Shown in pieces: positions 38,201-52,500 of a DNA stretch of 64,000 nucleotides (position 1 is its first letter; the number at the start of each line of letters is the position of its first letter). The notes below the pieces were generated by a model. The model saw only the letters and a list, made by a program, of their open reading frames with translations, was not told the origin of the DNA and did not search any database. The position numbers were made by a program, and so were the translations under genes. The DNA comes from Trichoplax sp. H2 (lineage: Eukaryota). The stretch covers positions 682,001-746,000 of the forward strand of contig NOWV01000013.1 of the NCBI GenBank assembly GCA_003344405.1. The letters run 5' to 3'.

Positions 38201-41200
38201 ATCATACTTTGATATAGACAGGCTACTATAGACTACAGTACTATATTAGTTGATGAATGATAATCGGTAAAACTTTAAAGACTTTGATGATTTGAAAGAA
38301 CTTGCCGCAAAATCAAAGGAGAAGGATAGTGACTTTTATGTATTTTTTTTTTTTTTACCGTAGAGAAGAGTTTCAGGCGAAGGTGATTGACTACCTTATT
38401 CGCGTGTGGATAATTTGAAAATTGACTCTTTGTAGTGCTATTCACCGTAGTTTGAAATTGCGATTGCTAGGATACACAAGAGGTAGAATTGATGGATCGC
38501 CAACATATCCGTATTTACACATAATGGAATAATAACCATGTAGTTAGAGGTGGAATTGAAATGATACCGCAGCGCAACATTCTAGATTACTTTTAATCTG
38601 TAAAGTCTTTGAAATAGGATTTATATCGAAATATTTGTAATTGGTAATTAGTAATAAAAATGTTGACGCAATATCTATTGCTAGGCTCCAAACTGTCTCG
38701 ATAACATGATACTGTATATAATTTGTTGCTTGTATAACGAAACTTTACTTACTTACAAAGTATTACCGTAGAAATCTAGTGATGGAATGACGCTGGTAAT
38801 TTACAGTGCTATATATGAGGATCACAAGACCCTGCCGTTAGTAATTGATCAATACAAAACTTCTTTAGTCTATTTCAGTAAGAACTTTGTGAATGAATGA
38901 TCAACATTTCAATTCTTACAGAGTATAAAAGAAATTCAGGATAATATAGAATTTGTTTGTACAGTGCTAGATACCGAAGATAGTAGAAAAACTTGCAATC
39001 GTTTCGGTGGCTACTCAAAAAAGAGAGAGGGAGAAAGTGGCATAGTTGTGCCAGACGATTCGATAACCTATGTGATCGATGATTTTTGCGCCTACTTTAG
39101 TTGAACTTACGTACTGTATATCGATGTCGCTATTATGATTATTAATTAGGCCTCTTTCGTTTCTGATTTCGAATATTAAGGATATACGAGTGTACAGTAT
39201 ATATAGACTATCCTCGTATAGTAGATATTTCTGTGAGAGTTTGACGATCTGCTTGTTGGCTGAATCATACTATAAATACCAACTCCAATTACGCTAGTCG
39301 ATTTCATTAGGTTGATTAACAATAATATTCTATGTGCGAGCTTGTGATATTTGAAAGGTATGCTGGTAAATTACTATAGAATAAAAAATAAACTTGCTAT
39401 TACAGATTGAATTGAGGGTTTTGTCAGTTTAACGGATAACGGATCATGGTAATCGATTGGCTAAGTTGTTTAATGTAGAGCAGTATGATGACGCTGTATA
39501 ATTTACCTATAGTCTAGATGCCAAAAGTTAGCCTAAGATACCCGCTCTAATACTATCGCATAAAATGATATTCAAGTGGATAGTACAACAGTGAACAAGT
39601 AGTATACAGTTGCGTAGCAGAACTACAGTAAAGTGTGATGATAGTAATTTTGCACTCAGTAACCTGGTTTTTACAAGGTTTCCCTCGGATAAGCACACTG
39701 GAGAACTTCGTTTGCGAGAGTGTAGTCTATCCAGTATAATGGGCTGGAACTGTCCAACTTGACTACATCACGTACTGTATTATATTGAATATCAATAGCG
39801 CAATGAATTGGGGGGGGGGGAAAATGCAATTTCAGGATCATAATTGGATTTGCGTTGCGCAAAATTGAATTTTCTTTTCCTTTTTTCGTATTGATTTCAT
39901 TGGGATAGACTTCCATTTAAATCTGTCTTTGGATGAGTGGAATATTTAATTTTAAAGTTGGGATTCCTTGGTAGTATAGGACAGATGTGTTTAAGTTTTG
40001 TATTTTTTCCCGACGAAAAAACAGTGTAAAGACTAATTATAATGATAATGAATAGAAAGAAAGTGGACGGTTTGCAGCAATTGTATGATACGACACGCTT
40101 CCCTTTTGCCAATTTAAGTGAATCTTGTACGACAGCATAATACATCGTTAGGACTCAATTGGGTAGAATGATTTGCAGAAATATTGACAATTCGTTTTCA
40201 GTTGTATTGTACGTCATCTTGTAACATCATTTTAGTCGTAGTTGATATAGTCAAAATAAACAGGATAATTGGACAAGTGGATTGAAGTCGATTTTGCTAT
40301 AGTTTAGGTCAAAATGGCATGGATCAAAAACTAAGTAAATATATCGCTTAAATTACAATTTTACAATGTAGAATTATACTACCGGATATTGTTAAATTCT
40401 AATGCGAATCAAAACTAGTCGGGCTTACCATCTAGTAAGAAATGCATTGAAATGGACGTACTGTAATCAACCTAAATTAGTTAGTGATCAAGGTATAATA
40501 CTTGTTAAAATACACAGTCTTGAAGGAGAATTGGAAAAGAAAGTAACTTGTATTCAATCTGTGATTGATTGGAAATTGAGCTATCTTTCACTTGTATCAT
40601 TTTGACGGTTGGCAATTTTACTTGTGCCATTTTTATCATGATATTTTTGAGCCATGTCATTGTTGCCGTTCAGCAATACTGTCCATTTGATAAAGTGGCA
40701 GAGTTTACTGAGTGAACAACAATCAAGTATATACTAGTGTTTTAGTGGAATACTGTAAGCCAAATTCAGTACCCATATTCGATGGGATACTCCATTTGAT
40801 AGTACAGCGTAAGACTCAGATTTGCACTGGATTGGACTAAGGCAACTTGTATTCGGAGTTGCTAGTCAACGCCGATCGGAATGGTGCGGCATGACAGAGT
40901 CAGTCAGGCGGAGTTGGGAGTAATGTATCTGACTCCAACTTGCCTGTAATACAGTATTATCCCATGGAAAGGACTTGACGAGAGCGCTTTACTGTGGATA
41001 TTCATCTATCCTAAGAATAGAAGAAACGCCACAAAGCTCCCCCGTAAAATACTTTCCTTGTCAACGAAATATCCACTTCTGCATATCAGTGTGGTTGAAA
41101 GTTCCAGTCAAGCCGAAAGCCGAGTTGAACCCGACTGGAGGAAGGGAGTGAGGTTAAGTAACTGTTGGTGGAGCGATTGTAGTCAATTCGGCTTGGAAAA

Positions 41201-42494
41201 TCAACCATTGGATGGGGGTTGTGTTTTTACTCCATTGAAGGACTGTTATGCATATGGTATAGCGTTTGGAGTGGCATAAGTGAAGGACGACGATCGGTCT
41301 TTTGGACTTGTTTATCATCTTCGTCTCCACCCGATAGGATGATAGCGCAGAAAAGGAAAAGACGATCTTGGGACTATGGAGAGTTGATTAGACTGCGCAA
41401 CGTCCATACTGACCAGTGTACAGTATAGCCTGTACGTACGTTGACGGTATTGTTGCAAGTTAATTTGCAGTTACTGCCCATTTCATGCTACAATCCAGTC
41501 GACGATTGGGTCAAGAGTACTATACAAATGGATTGTGTTGTGCGTTTGTTGACGGGTATTACGCAGGCAGTTATTATTAATTAAAATGTCCAATGATGAA
41601 GACAGTGAGCGGTAGTCATGGCAGAGGTCGACTTTAAGGTACACACAAGGAGTGGCTAAGTAAGGTAGAAGAGTCAATGGGGGTGAAAAAGTTGTTTTGT
41701 CTTGGTTTTCTAGCATCTGTAGTAGTAGATGATGATCGTGTCGGTTGCAGCAACGTTGGAAAAGTGTTGTTAATCAGTTGAAGACAACAAGAGATGATGA
41801 TTGCACTCGTTTTGTCTGTACACTCAATTAACAGCAGTCAATTAAATCCATTGATTGATTAATTGACTTGCTCTAACTGTAGAATGAAAGTATCTTGACT
41901 GGCTCGTAGAAGGCAGCAGTGGATCGGGGTGGGGGGCGGAAGATGAATGCATTGAACATGGATTCTCCGCTTGATGAGATGGAATTGGGCTGGTAAGTGT
42001 GGTTGTAGAGAAGATGAAAGTACTGACGACGACTTGGATACACCGTATCTAAGTCGTGTCTAGACTTGGTTAGATAAGCTATAGGCAGGGAATACGATTG
42101 GACACCCGTAGGAAAAGAGAGTGTTGACGAGACATGGATGACGCCAATGGCGTTGAATGGTAGAAAGAGAGTGTAACAAGACGAAGGTCACGCCAATAAG
42201 GTTGAATCGTCCGACATGAATGGGTAGTAGGGGGGGGAGTCAATTGATTGGATGGAGGTTAATCAAGGCTAGAGTAAGTGTATATAGTCTAATGTCCTCC
42301 TTCAAGTGGATCGTGTAGCCGATAGAACGCTAATTTATGTCGTCTGTCATGGAAGATGAGTGTCATGGCCATGATGGATTGTAAATTGGATATCGCCTTT
42401 GCTATTTCCCATCCAACCAATGCAAAATGCCGTCAACAATACATCTTGCTCAGGTTGATTGTTGACATGGACTGGCTTTAGATACCAGCCATTT

Positions 42495-42610
42495 CCATGA
42501 CGTCGTTACAATGGATTAGCCAATCATCCACGTTGCTTCAATAGCGCCAACCAATCAGATGACAAGCAATTCTTGTCGTCATTCCATTGGTTGTCTTTGA
42601 TTGGTTGGAG
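42495..42610 (+). promoter_or_regulatory. Candidate PDE8 promoter: clustered CCAAT (NF-Y-type) boxes and a near-CRE
   Basis: TGACGTCG at 42498, AGCCAATCA at 42518, AACCAATCAG at 42549, and reverse ATTGG at 42586 and 42600, ~0.9-1 kb upstream of the PDE8 ATG. Function is inferred from motif matches only. Confidence 0.5.
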
Positions 42611-43505
42611 GATGTTAAGCCTTCAGTAAAACAATAGCACTGCAAATGGATCCACGCCCTTTTCATCGGTTCCCATAGTGAGAATAGACAGTAGGCAAAT
42701 TTTTTTTTTGTGTGTCTTGTTGTTGTTGTTGTCTACTATCATCATCATCATCGCTAGGTTTCATTTTATAAAGTCTGCTGTAAACGAGTGGAAAAAGAGA
42801 CTATCCAAGTGGATTGCTGCCATCGACAACTTGTGTGTATACTTTAGCCTACTGCGCTAGCAATATCAGTTATGATGGACTATTACTTTTAGATTGGTGG
42901 CCATCACCAGCGTATTAGCTAGGGCAAGAGAAATTGCGAAATTGTTTTTGGGGTTTTTTTTTCTTTTTTTCCAACGCCTTGTCTTGTTGCAAGTGGTGCA
43001 TGATCAAGACTTGTCGCTTTGTGTCTTGGTGATTGATTGTTTTTTCTTTCCTTTTCTTGTCCCCTTGCCTTGTTTGCTAGACGAGCGAGAGAGAGACGAC
43101 GCCGCCGCTGTGCAAGGAAAATTACTTCCATTTCCCCCCCCTCCCCTCTCTATCCAGCCACAACAACATTAATCTGCTGCATTGCAATCATTATTCTCCA
43201 ATATTGGAAAAAAAGAAAGAATTTGGTCGTCGTGGATCGATCACAACACCATCATCAACTTATCCATTCCTCTCTCTCTCTCTCATCACCTCGTGATCGA
43301 TCTCTATGCAGCCGATAGATTGGCCATTTTCAATCGATTGATTCAACAAGACCAATAAAATTGTAGGGGGCTCTGTCGAACCTGACTGCCTCTCTCTCTC
43401 TCTCTCTCTTTTATCCAAGTCATTTTGGGGCCTAGGTTACTTGGGGATTGCTGACAAGAAAGAGTCACACTTTCAAATCTTCTTTTTTATGATCGTGGAG
43501 AGCTA

Positions 43506-46500
43506 ATGGGGTGCTCTCCTAGCCAAGCTACACCAGATCCTGCTTCTGAAACGATACCCAACGGACAAAATATGAATCATCCACCAAACTCAGAAACAGA
43601 TAGTGCCAACGGCAATTCATCACGAATCCAATCCAATGGAAACAGTACTAACGGCGAAGTCAAGGTAAAGTCACATGTTGCCAACAACAAAAAATTTTCA
43701 CTCCATTTTAATTGCACTATTCAAGGATAGAAATCAATCTTTTCAACTCAATCCACTCCTCATTTGGACCCATATCGCTTTCATTTCTTCTCCATTTTCC
43801 CCAACCAATTAGTCGTCATTCAATCGCTTTCTTATCCTTTTTACTTTAACATTCAATCTTGTTACGCGACAAGATCCACTTGATTCTTTCTTTCCCCATA
43901 CCCCATGGCTTAGTTACGTCCTCGATCAACATGGTTCAAATCTTTCCATCATGTCGTTGAAGAATAGGATAGAAAAAAAAAAAACCCCCAAGGAATTCAT
44001 GAATCAAGACTACAGTAACGGGATAAATTTTCTCTTTTGTTATGCAATCATCATGGCCATTTTTTTTTTTTTCTTCCTCCTCCTTTTTATTCTACTCTAC
44101 TTTCGCTCTCTATCCAATGCATCCATTCTGGCATGGCCTTTTTCCATCGTTTTTCACCAACATTCTCTTTTCTCTTTCTTGATAGTCAATCAACCAGCAA
44201 GTATCAACTTGATTGTACAAGAGTAGTAGTACTACCGTAGTCCTAGTTGTAGTACCCAATTGAAATAAATGTTGTCTAGTAACAACATGATTGAAAAAAA
44301 AGGATATTTCTCTATTTTTACTCATCAATGTTTGCTTTCTTATTTTGACCATCACAACGAGAAGAATCATCGCGATCATCATGGCACCCTAACCCTATTC
44401 CTCCTTCATGCAACCATCACCTTGGTCGTCATGAAAAGCTTTTTTTCTTCTTGCTAACAACCAACGGCTAATCAACCCATTTTATATTCATCGTTGTTAC
44501 CCTTCAAACCATTCTTTTCTACCCATTTTTCCTACTCTTGCTACCGTTGATTGTCTCTTTTTTTTTTTTCNNNNNNNNNNNNNNNNNNNNNNNNNNNNNN
44601 NNNNNNNNNNNNNNNNNNNNNNCCCCCCCCCTCTATTTTTTCTTGTTCAATATCTGATCTTGATGTACTGTAACTACATTTTTATTAGATTCGTAAATAT
44701 TCTCGGGAACTTGGAGTGACAGTCTGCTTTGGTCCAATGAAAGTTATCCAACCGCAAATGAAGGTAAGTCCAGACTTGAAAATTTTCCCCGCACTCAAAT
44801 GAGACACAGTATTTTTGTATTTCTTTTACCAACCTTTTATCTTGCCCCAAATCCTTTTCATCTGCATTTTTCTTTCAATACCAAGACATTTTTTTTTCCG
44901 CCTGAAATGATTTTGAGTACACTACTTTTCTATATAGAGGTAGAGGTTGGTAAAATAGTATTTAAAGTTTGAATTTTATTGCATCCATGATTGATTATGA
45001 CGTCGACTAACACGCAGAGTGGGACAACCAACAAGATGTCCAATGTATGCAGACGATTGAAAATAATTTCCAATTTAATCTCATGATTGGTTTCATTACA
45101 CTTTGGACGACAAAGTTAGTTGTTGATCCTGAAATGGATAGCATCATTACTACAGTCATGTCGGCCATACTTGAATACTAGACACAAGAGTAAGTAAGCG
45201 CTTTTTCAACTGGGATATGGCAGTCTGTTGCCATGTATCTTGACGGAATGATTACACCCTTTCCATCTCATTTTTTGACGTTGTCAAGTAAAAAGGACGA
45301 GAAAAATTGTAGCGTAACAGTAGACTCGATCTCTTTCTTGCATAGCAAAGGATCCATTTCTTGTGGATAAACAACCATTTCCACTCCCTTCAAGTCTAGA
45401 CGGCTCCAAGTTTGCATCAAACTGTTGTTGATCTTACCGTCGGCGAAGGAGGATAAAAAAAACACATAACCCATGATGACAATTTGGGTCCATTTGCACA
45501 TGGCTATATTTTTTTTTCTCTTTTTCTTCCTCCAAATCACCAATGTTGTATAGTATTGGACACACAGTGTCTTTCATTTCGTACGTCATTTTATTTAGTG
45601 GGAGGACAATTGTCAGACCTTTTCTCTCGTTTTATTTAACCTTGTTGTCTCCGCGCTATCCATTTTGGCAATACCTGTAGTAGGATATTATCCGTCAATT
45701 AGCCTATTTCCAATGGTATTTGGCTGGGATTCCATGATAGAAAAGGCTGATATCTGGGTGGCTTTTGCGCTACACAGAGATGAGCCACTCTCTTGTCCAT
45801 TTTACCTACTTTCAATCCGTTGTAAAATAGATTGCGTAGCAATGGAAAGGCCATTTTCCCCACTACACTCGATCGTAGTAGATTGAAGAAGAAGACGAAT
45901 GGCGCATTCTTAATTAATAGACCTATCTCAGTATGGGGTAGATTGAATGGAGGTTATTTTACTCTACACTATTGATTCATAGCTGGAAAAAAAATAGTAG
46001 CAAGAGTCACGACTAAATCCATCAGTTGACTGCTGCATTTTTTCCACATTGCATTCCGCCTTCAAAATTCATCATGGACCCTATTAAAGACAGCGCTGTC
46101 CATTTTTTTTTCCCCTGCCTTTTCCGTTGCTACCCAACGATATTACGACGTTGAAATTCCATATCAAATCCCTTACTGTTGCAACTCTTAGTTTGGACGC
46201 CTAAAATTGGCATGGGCAATACTAAAGTAGGAATGGTCTTTAGTCATTTATCCTGATTCTTCATCACCAGTCCGAGATGATCGCTTGCTAGCAGTAGTAG
46301 TTTTTATTCATTAGGTTTGGCTTTGCAATGGATTTTCAAACATGAACTACAGTAGTCTTCAGTGTCGGCAATAGCCAGAATGGAAAAGATGAATTTTTTT
46401 TCCATTTATCCATGCTGTACAAGTAGAGTCGAGAGTACTGTCCAATGACACGCTGATGATTTTTTTTTTTCAAAGTTAGTCGACATTTATTTCTTGCATA

Positions 46501-49500
46501 GAAAATGATTTACTCGTAGGTTTATTACTGTATCGGAGGCTAATAGACTAATAGACTATCCTAGTCTATTATTAGCCTTGGGTATTGAGTCGATATCGTA
46601 AGCTGCTATGCAAGTAGGAGAAAATGTTCACCTTCATGTCCATGATGGTAAGCTATCTTAAAGTTTTCACAACCATAGATTGATATGAGTGGACCAGCAG
46701 TCTATTCCTTTTTACCTTGAAGACGCTGAAAGAGTAGCTTCTATGCCAGAAAGGATGATTGCATTTGGGATTGGTTGACCGGTAGCGGATATTCTCCTTC
46801 ATGGAAAGTGGCATAAAAATGATGAATGATTAAATACGACTTGTTTCTTCCCTTTTGGGAAACTTTTTTCTATCGGAACAACGCTTGCATCTTGATTCAT
46901 TTTACACTATTAATCATCCACTCTTGTATTTTACAAATATGATCCATGTTCAAGATTGTTGGTTGAGCATTGAATGATATTGATAGTCTAAGCTTGATTT
47001 TAGTCCATTTGGCTAGATGAAAAGAGAGTCGTCTATTGCCACAGTAAGGAGAGACTCATTCGATCGCTAGTCCATCAAAATTAGAACGTAAAGTTGTTTC
47101 TTGGCGGCATCATGATGTCAAAATGGAGACATGGATAAATATGGAAGAAAAGGGAATGATTAGCATATTACATTAGATTGAAAAAGGCAAAGTACAGTAG
47201 CTCGTCTAGAAAGTCAAATAGTCGTCATTGCATCAAAGATGGACATGAAAAATATTGATAGGAGAATTGAGCGATGATCGCGACTAACTGGATGTTGATG
47301 ATGAATCCGATCAAGAGTTGATTGCATCCTTTGACTTGGAGGAGAAGTTTTTGTTGTCATTCTCTTTTTTTTTGTTGTTGTTGTTGCTGTTCATAGAGAT
47401 GGTGACAACTTTTGCCTTGACAATAAAAAAATCCAAGTTGGAGGTTAAATGGACATTGGACCATCTTGTTCCCCTATTTTTCCTCCATTTTTTCAGTATT
47501 AAATTGATGTTGTCTCACTGGGTTATGGCGATCCATGTTGATTGTCTTGAAGAGGAAAAAAAAAAAAAAACCAGCCAGGCTGTTTCTTCGTCGTCCATCA
47601 CAAGGATAAATAAATTAAATATTAATATGGTTGGTAACCGATTGTCCTCTATCATCATTATGGTCAGCTTGAAAAATCAGTTGGGGGTGGGTAGCAAAAA
47701 AGAACGCTTGCAGTTATCCTATGGCGAGGCATTTCTTCATTTGCCATGAGTCTTGCTTTAGCCGATTCCCGGATAGAATTGGCCCATGGAATGAGATTAA
47801 ACTACTGTACAAGAGGTTTTCCATTGCAACAATTTGCCTACCCTTTCTATCGTCTTTTCCAAAGGGCCAAGGAAAGGGAAGGGAAAAAAGGAAAAGCAAT
47901 ACTTCAACGAGAAAGTTACCTTTCATGGTAGTGGTTAAGAGTTGAATATCTGACCTATAGTATATTGTATATCTAGGGTCTTGATGGTTGGCTGCCAAAA
48001 TAAAATGCAATCCATTCCTAAATAGTTTAGGCCATTTCAATGACGAATTATGACTATCATCACCATTATCTGATTGAAATAACAACATGATGATGATGAT
48101 AGATTGCCTTCCTCCCCCCCAATTTTTCAATCACTGTCTATTCTACCTCGGCAAGGACGCAATAGCTAGGATTCATTTTCCATCCAGTCGTTTACATTAC
48201 TCGACGTGGCCCTAAGTTGATCTTTTTCCCCTTTTGGTAATATTAACGTCATGATGGCATTAGGGTTGCCAAAATGGCAGACCGCCAAGAATATTGCATC
48301 GATGGTAATTTTTTCATGGCCGATAGTCTCTTCTCATCATTGTTGTCCATCTTTTCGTCTTGCTTTAAATATGACTTTCTTAATCGCTGCATGACGATAA
48401 AAGCAACCAATGAAAATAAATGGCGATTCTGATGACAATCCTCTCCCCTTCAACTTCATTCAGGTTGAGATTCTTTCTGTGATACTAGCCCAAAAAAGGG
48501 GGGAAGAGGGAGAATAGACTATCGCCTAATTTTGGGATACCCTTCAACAAAGTGATGATCCCAGCCTACAAGTCCACAACATGACTTGGCTATTACAAAA
48601 ATTGAATCATCAAATGCAAGTGTTGATTTTTGCCTTCGTCTACGTTGACAACATTGTGCAATATGAATTATGATGTCGTTGCTACGGCCAAAGGGAAAGG
48701 ATTGCTCGACAAATACGAGTTGATGTTGGCATCAATCCGCTCGCTAGTCCTGAATATTGAGCATGGATAGCAGCGTTGAAATCAACCGAGACAGGGTCTA
48801 CATGTCCAAGCTTAAACCTAGAAAAGTCTACATGTCCAAGCTTAAACCTAGAAAAATCTACATGTCCACGCTTAAACCTAGAAAAATCTACATGTCCACG
48901 CTTAAACCTAGAAAAATCTACATGTCCACGCTTAAACCTAGAAAAATCTACATGTCCACGCTTAAACCTAGAAAAATCTACATGTCCACGCTTAAACCTA
49001 GAAAAATCTACATGTCCACGCTTAAACCTAGAAAAATCTACATGTCCAAGCTTAAACCTAGAAAAGTTCTACATGTGTTTCATTTTTGGAGTAGCCAACT
49101 TGACAATAGTTGAAGCAATTACTTGCAAAGAAAAATGAAAACAATTCAAGTAAAATGGTTCAACTACCCAATAAAATGGATGCCTATAGTCTTGTTTGCT
49201 ATAGGCATGAAATTATTCCTGTATGCTTACTTTTATTGAATAAAACAGAAAGGAATAGAAAGAAAGAAGGAAGGTTCAAAACAACAAAAGCGATCCATTT
49301 ACAAATAGTGTCTACAAAATTGCATGGAGAAAGAGCGCTGCATGATTGCCCTACCAACCAACCATTGCAGTCGATTGCAGCAACTTATGGGGTTGGTGGA
49401 CATTTGTCCCTTGCAATCCTTTTCCTTTTTGCCTCTATTTCAATGCTATCCGCTGTAGGAGAGGGTAAAAGATTGGGTAGGATAGGACATATGGGTCAAG

Positions 49501-52500
49501 GATGAGATAGGAGGATGCAAGGAAGAAAACGATGATCGACGTAGGCTTAGCCATTCTCCAACCAAAAGAATACCATTGCTGTAGGCCATTTCAAGATGGT
49601 GTTGTCTTAGAATGGAAAATGTCGATATACCATAGCAAAAAGAGATCTCCATTTGCTGAATGTGCTTCTCCACTTCAAGCCTAATACGAGTTGGACCATC
49701 CTTCATGCTTGTTTTTGGGCCATTGATGAAAACCCAATGTGTTAGTCGTATTCGTATTCCATGATGGCCGCATAGCCAGACAAGGATTGATTTGGACATT
49801 TGCCTAAGGTAGTGATCCATTTGACTCTAATACAAGTTGGACGACAATCGTTTTGCTTTCCAAGAATTGAATGTAAAAGTGCAACCACACTTGCTTTCAT
49901 TTTCAATTTGCAATATTATGGCGTCGATAGGCATAAAAGCAAAGCGCTCGCTATCCAAATTGCATTCTCAATGGCGAAAGAGATTGATTTTTTTTGGCGT
50001 CTACCTTTGACATCAGCGAGTTGATGATCCAATAAATTCAACGATGGACACTACTACGCCATACTTTGATCATCATCATGGCATACAAGTACACCATTGG
50101 CCTTGTTGACTGTTTCTACAACAACTTTATTCAGCTTTTCTGAATAATAATACAGCGCAAGACTTCCTTGTGTCGAAAGAACATTCATGCTGTGAAATGG
50201 CACTAGGGGCAATTTCCCCAATTTAGCCCCCTGCCATGCCTAATGCGTTCTCCTTCTCCTGCTAAGCCACTATACCATACTTGTATGACAAGTAATTCAT
50301 GCTATAAATTGCAATAGAAATGTGTCCAATTTGCCTTTCCAACTCATTCTACTTCATTAAGCACATCATTAGCCTTGATCCAATATGATTCTTTTTTTTT
50401 ATATGGCCAAAAATATCCTTGAAATGATTGCAGTCGTGAATTGAACCCTACTGTCAATGAGAAGCCAATGGATGCTATCAAGGGGAATGGAGAATTGTCC
50501 AATTTCTATTTGTTTTACTACTATCCACGAGTGTCACTGCAAAAAGGAATAGCCCTCCATTTTTCAATGATCAACGCATCCAACATGGATTGGATGTAGA
50601 AGAGTAACTCCAAATTGATCAGATGAAGTTCCTACTCTACTGGTGAAAATCAATCCTTGTACAAATTAATTCTTCAATTTCAATGACGATGAGCACCATT
50701 GATGGTGGTGGCATCAGCCAAACTGGGACATGATCGATTACAAAATGGATATTAGAACATGTCCATAGTGGAAGAAAATGCTTCGTTTGAAGAAAGCAAT
50801 GGAATAGGATTAGGTTGATTGGGGGGGAATCATCCCTTGTCGAGGATGGAAGTTGAAAGGCAACAATTTGGCGCAAAAAGAATGAGTGATGATGTATCGA
50901 CATTTTATTTCAAATTGGACATGGAAAAAAAGGATTAGTTAGACTCTATTTCCTTCTTACAATATACGAGTAGAAAAAGACGAATGATCAATACTTGTAT
51001 CGCTAGCCATTGCATGGAGAAAGGGAGTAAAGAGACGACGATAGGCAAATCTCTCTATATTCATTTCAACTTGTTGTCTTACTGTTGATTTTGTAATGGA
51101 AATTTCCCTCCCCCTTGTTTGGTAAAGCCATTCATTTCTTTCTTGTACAACTATCGCCATGACAGGATAGTCAAAAATAGGCAAGCTATCATCGACTACA
51201 AGACTACAGTCTATGTTATAACCAGTTGAACAGACAACGTTGTCGCAATCTTCGTTCTCTTTCTCCGTCGGTTGTTGAAAGAGGGAGACAGCAGCAATGG
51301 CCCTCCATATTGACAGCCAAGGCTATCCGCTCAGTGGAATAAGAATGCTATTGACTTCAAACAAGGTTATTATTATTTATGAAGGCCAATGGAATTATTA
51401 ATATGCCAATGATTGCTAGTCCATGTTTAGAAATGGTTAAAAAAAAACCAAGCATTCTAGTCGGCACATTGTCCTTTTTTCCCTATTCATTAACGTTGTT
51501 TTTCAACGAGGAAAGGTGGAATGGCTACCCCCCCTATGGAGAAGAAAATGCCTGCCTAGAGAGAAATAATTCAAATCCATGTTGAAAATTAGTATTGCTT
51601 TTGTCGGGCCTTATTGAGAATACAGGAAAAGGCAATTGATGAAGACTTGAGTCGATCGATAGAATATTGTCCAATGGGCCATTTTGGTTATAGAAAGCGA
51701 CAATACCGGAAAAGGAGAGTCCATATTCAACTTGACAAAATGAAAGGATTCTCATGCCAGCTACTGTCTTCTTCTTCTCCAAATGCAGATGAGATGCACA
51801 AGGAGAATGGGAAAAAATAGTGTTGGCTAGTCAAGGTAGCAACTTGAAGGAGAGTTGAACGTTATGATGGTGGAAAGGACAGCGGTCGATCAACCGACTG
51901 TGGTGATGTAGGCAAATAGGAGGAATAGCAGGAAATGTTGTTCTACTTGTAGAGACTATTGAATTGGATCGCTGCATGGAAGGGGGGAAGACAAGCAAAA
52001 GTTACTTGTGATCATGGTGGAAAATAGGGAGATGCAAGTGTAGAAATGGGTCCAAGACAACATTTGTCAAACGGATAAGGGAAGAGTTTAATCGTTGTAG
52101 CTTAGTGAAGACGAAAACAATTTCTTGCCAACATGCAATCAATCAACAAGACGCACTAAATGGGCTTGAATGATGATTAGAAGCAAGCATGGCCATTTTA
52201 GCCATAGCCTTGATGAAATGGAGTATTTTATGTCATTTTTCCCCTCCTCTCTCTCTCTCTCTCTTTTTATTTATTTTTTTTATTGATTCATTTTTGATTG
52301 GGGTTTTATGCCAATCTTTTTCCATCATTTGTGAAAGAAGGAGAAAATGAGTTGTTGTTGAAATGACATTTTTGTTGAGCATGGAAGAAAATGGATCAAG
52401 TTGGAGAATGGAAAATAAAAAAGAAGAAGAAAGATGACAAATAGATGAATGTTGAAGAAAGAGAAGAGAGAGAAAAGAAGACGAAATGATAGCTAATCTT

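Noticed and set aside
40905-40945. Imperfect hairpin CAGGCGGAGTTGGGAGT..ACTCCAACTTGCCTG
   Set aside because: Bulged ~15-bp stem with no ncRNA family features; plausible by chance.
48757-49138. ORFs 48757-49113 and 48776-49138 with KPRKIYMSTL / STCPRLNLEK repeats
   Set aside because: By-products of a stop-free 30-bp minisatellite inside PDE8 intron 2, with no splice or homology support.
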